DNA of 64,000 bases from Phoronis australis (Eukaryota > Animalia > Phoronida), in the NCBI GenBank assembly GCA_002633005.1, contig NMRA01000008.1:378985-442984 (forward strand), in the 5' to 3' direction. The notes beneath the pieces were generated by a model. That model ran no database searches. It worked only from the letters and a program-made list of their open reading frames with translations, and was not told where the DNA came from. Of the stretch, positions 59,394 through 64,000 are shown piece after piece. The translations under genes and the position numbers were made by a program. The first letter of the stretch is position 1, and every line of letters starts with the position of its first letter.

Positions 59394-62300
59394 GTAGGAT
59401 TTCTGGCGGCAGTCTGTCGCAAGAGTGCTCCATTCTGATGTCTGCGTTTGGGTTCTGTGTGCTCTGCTGTTGCGTTTGACTCGGTCTTCTGCATGTGACA
59501 AGGCTCTCTAGATGGTGTTGGTTCCAACACTGTGTTGTCTGATGTGTATTAGCTAGATTCTGTTGTTTGTGTCCTCTTTATTTTTTTTTCAATCTGTTGT
59601 GCTTGTTTAGTGAATTCTCCTGCTGGTATACAGTAAATTTGCACCTGCTACTGCATGGTTGTCGTAGTGACTGTTCATACCGCTGTGGCCCCTCGTGGAC
59701 AGAGTGTAGGCACAGCTATAAATAGGATCTCCGACCAGCGCACATACCCTCCTGTGTGTATTATCTGACTGTTTAAAAAATTTTGGATAATTATATTCAC
59801 TCAGTTGTTGCGCTGAAGATTGTCAACCACAAAATAAATTCAAATTGTGCAACTGATTTTGCGAAGTAGAGCGATGTCCGCCAGTGTTTCATCCAGGATT
59901 CTAAAAATAAGGCATCCTGGATTTCCCTGTTTCTACGGGCGTCCGTGAGCAATGATGCGCGACAGCATTTTTAGGAACGCTTGTTACAATGCCGTTATAA
60001 TGTATATTACTGTAGAGACATTGTTCTGCACTCTACTGATTCATTTTTAAACCAACCTTTTTTCCGGACAGGCCAATAAGCTCCTAGAGCTGCTGCCAAA
60101 ATAAATGGGAATTTTAGTTTTTTAGAAAATATTATTTTATGACATCTACGCACTACTATTTATGTTAACTTTGTAATAAACTAAAATGTTCTTAATCTTT
60201 TCTTTTGTGGAGAAATTTAACAAAACAGAATTTCACTTGTCGGCCATATGGTGTGGTAAATAAGTGAAGAATACAAACACAAAAAATCAGAAGGTCTGAA
60301 ATTTTAACGATAACTGAAGTTTTCCCAAAAAATTTCTTCGAAGGTTGACAATTACCTTTCGATGCCATTTGTCTGTGGTGAACGTTTCGTTCTGATTGGT
60401 TAACGTTTCGCTCTGATTCATTGAACATGCACAACAGCCGCGTGTGCCCGAAGTGTTTTATGTAATTTTCTAATTTCTCTTATCTTGTGTGTGATATCTT
60501 GCACGTTCTGTCGTCCATTTGTTCTACATTGGATTTATTTGCATGTTTAACATTCAAAATCTTTCTAGAATAGTCATGTGCATGTTTCAATGACCAGATA
60601 CTTCAAGTGGCTCACAGGATCTGTAATCCTTATTTTTTGTCATATAATTTTAAGGGGACAACAGCAACCCTCCATCTTGGTAGGGAGCTCCAGTTTACCC
60701 AATAAACAAATTTAGTCCATTGCCTTATGCTCAATGGAGGGAACTTTGTCAGACATTTGTCTGACACGCTTGTCTATTATCTAATAGTAGCCCGAGGGGT
60801 GGTTAGTTCGTTGGAAAGCATTATCTGTCTCAACACTATAAAAGAGTCGGTTTTTGTGCACAAATGTGATTGTTTTGAAGTTAAATTTTGAAAACAACGA
60901 AATTAGTATTAAGGGCATAGTTTCAATCATAAAAAAACCCGAAAATACGTGGACAGAAAGAAATATCACTTTCTTAAACTTTTCCTGTTGTTCTAACCCT
61001 GTACATCATACTGTCATGTCCATTAAGGGAATGTACCCTTTAAATTTTTACTAAACATTAATCAGCATGAAACCATTATTGTTAACTACGATCAGGTAAC
61101 GCCAGGTGTTATCTAACATACATAGCAATGCCATGGGGAAAACCTGATAGACCTTCTCTAGTGTAATACACACTAGGCTTGGCTGGGTGAGAGGTTTGGT
61201 CTATTGCGCTGCATAGAAATCACCAACGTCAAAGGTTTATCGCTCGGAGTGGTATAAATTAATTATACATAACACATTCTCGATCATTATTTGCCTTATC
61301 TAGATTCTCATGAGATTTGAACGGACGAATCCCTGCAAATGCCACTCAGGGTCTAGATGTGTGTAATTGCAGCTTCACCATGTAATGTTTTGGTTGTACT
61401 TTTCAGTTTCCAGTTTTGTGCATTTGAGCAATGCCAAAATTAAACCAGGTACATTCTCCTCTGCTCAGTTGCAAGTTTGGATGCCATTACAGTTCATTTG
61501 TGTTGATACTCTAGTTGTGTATCACATTCTGTTTGGTGTTTGGAGCTATAGGTTATGATGGCTTTGTTGCGTAGCGGTATGATATCTTTAGAACGTACGT
61601 TCTACATCTAGAAACAGGTATTCAGGAAACATACCTTTCATCATTAAAAAGCAGCGATTGGTAATGGGAGGCTTGCAGAATGAACTGGTGGGTTTCACAA
61701 CTGTAATGGGCTTCATTGTGATGATGGGTGTATTGTTTTTCATTTACTACACCTCGGTAAATTGTGGTAATAGGAACGAGTAGTGAGGTATTAAATGAAA
61801 TCTGGCATTACCAATGCGGTACCTGTTTGCTTATGGGTGCTTTTGAGCGGGTGCTGAGTAAAGCAGACATCGGAAAATGGTTTCCTATGATTGTGTGCTA
61901 TCTTAAATCTTTCAAACTTTGTCAGCTAGTCAGCATTTATTGCTTTTTGTACTTCTCAGTGACAATAAGTCGCTTTATTGTGCATCATCAACAAGCTGGT
62001 GCACAGTAAAGTGACTTATTGTCACCGAGAAGTACAAAACGCAATAAATGCTGACTAGCTGCCAAAGTCTGAAACATTAAAGATGGCTGGTTGGTGATAC
62101 GACGTATCCTTATGGAGTTGACTTGTGAACTGACAGCTGTTGGAATATCCCACACTGGGAATGGCAATAGCCAGGGTGAGGGGCGTGTGTTTCTTCTGAG
62201 AAACGCTAGTGGGAATATGCCGCAAATTAGTGAACTCAGTTATTTTGCCGCATCAGTTATTGCTACTCATTGTAAGGTGACCAATGTGGTCAGGTGAGGC

Positions 62301-62819
62301 ATTTTTATGCGCCCACATGTATATGTGTGGCCGCATGCCGTCACCCCCATCTGGCGTCCGGCCTCTGCTGCTCTATCTCCAAAACCCTTTTTGAAGGATG
62401 TCCGTGAAATTTTGTACACTTGTTCCTATAGTGGATGGAAAATAAAAAATAATTGCAGTCGGTCTGGTACATGTTGTAGCAGATGTGCACAGGCCACTCT
62501 GGTGGGCCTATTGCACTGATCACCTGGAACCAGTTTTGTGCTTTGTTAAAACTGAGCTGAGGAGATAGAGACCTGACTTAAGGGTATAGCAGTGTGCCCT
62601 AGTGAGACTCGAACTTACGACCTTATGTAAAGGGAGTGGACATTTATCCACAGAACTTGCTCATGATGGTTGGAATTAATGAGCAAATTACCAGACGGGT
62701 CCAACTTCTAGCCAGTGTGCCTCCTAGTGGCAATTTTAGGGTTTTTTTACGTTCGCTTCTTTGTCTTTGATGGATCTTTGTGAAATTTGGATGCATTTCA
62801 ATGCTCCCCGTTGCTCTTG
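62301..62819 (+). mobile_element. Independent, internally deleted member of the same HINE family
   Basis: tttttatgcgcccacat..gctctatctccaaaa 5' end; gtgcctcctagtggca unit; tgcatttcaatgctccccgttgctcttg 3' end. Confidence 0.7.
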
Positions 62820-63593
62820 ACTTGTTTATAATGATTTATTCGATATGTCTTGTACATTGGATCATGTTCAAAGGTGTTCAGTAGCAAGACAGTCCATGTG
62901 TTTGCTCAATGAAAGTAAATTCGAAGATGAGGAAATGGCTATGGGCGGACTATGTCACTTTTGTTGATGTAATGCATGTATAGTTGGGAAGGGCCAGGCT
63001 TGGCCCTTTAAATTTTGTAGATCCTTGCTTTTTACCATTTGTGGTTAGTTTGAGGTTTCAGACTTTTCTCCGATTAATTTTGTTGTCTGAGAGTGGAAGA
63101 AGATGCGGTTTTGGGTATTTTTCGGACCCAGTTCAAAGGTCATGATTCGCAAAAAATTTGGTCTAATTTGAACTCTGTCTTATTTGGCAAACTTCAGTGT
63201 TGTTAAGTATCCCATTGGTGTTGACTGCATGTTTTGTTAATGTTGTTGTAATTCCTAGATTCTCCCAACCCAGGCTTTGTTGTTGTATTGGACGTCTCTT
63301 CTTCATTGACTGACACTAACTTGTAACAATATAAATTTTTGAAAAGACTGTACAATTATTATTGGGAAATCTTTTGCAACAGTGACAAAAAACTGTCATT
63401 GAGATTCAAACAATTCAAACGGACTGCATGCTTATATGTGATTCACACCAACCTGAATGTTCACTATTTCCAGTACAGTACAAATGTAATCAGACAAAAT
63501 ATCGTGTTCCTATTATAAGGGTTAATTCTGTTAACAGCAAAAATTATTGGTAGTGACTATTTAGGCGATAAAATTCTCATTACGGACTGGCTT

Positions 63594-63755
63594 CAGTGTC
63601 GGATTTAGAGGGGGGCCAAGGAGACAATGGCCCCCCCAAAATTCTCCCAGATTACACTCCATGTGGCAGTTCAGGGGTGCAAATGTGTGACAGCCAGAAT
63701 CCTAGCTAATACTCTGCCCTGCCTTCCCCAACTCAAAATCCTGGATCCGCCCCTG
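63594..63755. mobile_element. hAT-like MITE, CAGGGGCGGATCC family
   Basis: CAGTGTCGGATT..GGATCCGCCCCTG with 5-bp TSD GGCTT. Confidence 0.8.
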
Positions 63756-64000
63756 GGCTTAATCACCTTTATAGTAACTTTCCCATTAATTCCCTTTCAT
63801 TCTCGGTCATCAGGGGAGACAACTCGGACGGTGAATTCTGCTTCTGCTTAGCCGTCATGACGGAGAATTACGGTTCATTTTGTCTGAATACTTGTACTGT
63901 ACAGGTCACTCGTGGCTACACTGTTTTGTTTTGTTTCGTTTCGTTTTTTGTTTTGTTTTGTTAGTCAGTTTGATCAATATTTTTGAAAGTGACACCATTT

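Noticed and set aside
62882-62970. Possible next NCKX exon (ARQSMCLLNESKFEDEEM..)
   Set aside because: Phase-compatible, but weak acceptor, no convincing donor before the stop and no recognisable motif

Overview
AT-rich, intron-rich animal (probably marine invertebrate) genomic DNA; no prokaryotic features. Two spliced genes lie head-to-head, with start codons about 770 bp apart. (1) A complete six-exon minus-strand gene (12961->5134, 477 aa) encodes a coiled-coil + C-terminal C3HC4 RING protein whose motifs resemble a plant RING family more than true Neuralized. (2) The 5' half of a plus-strand K+-dependent Na+/Ca2+ exchanger gene (SLC24/NCKX) has exons at 13732, 16415, 39121 (repeated at 45829), 55844, 57268 and 59197, and runs off the right end. 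The block 38428-45113 recurs at 45115-55830 across a single N, duplicating the alpha-1 exon. This is most likely two haplotypes joined in the assembly; a real tandem exon duplication is less likely. The introns hold non-autonomous DNA transposons (hAT-like with 5-bp TSD, pogo-like with TA TSD, ISL2EU-like, Sola-like, Kolobok-like), Helentron-type HINEs (one carrying a ~140-bp-spaced array of CTCF-like motifs), tRNA-derived SINEs, a LINE fragment and minisatellites, two of which abut NCKX splice acceptors. All calls are by eye; no database searches were run.
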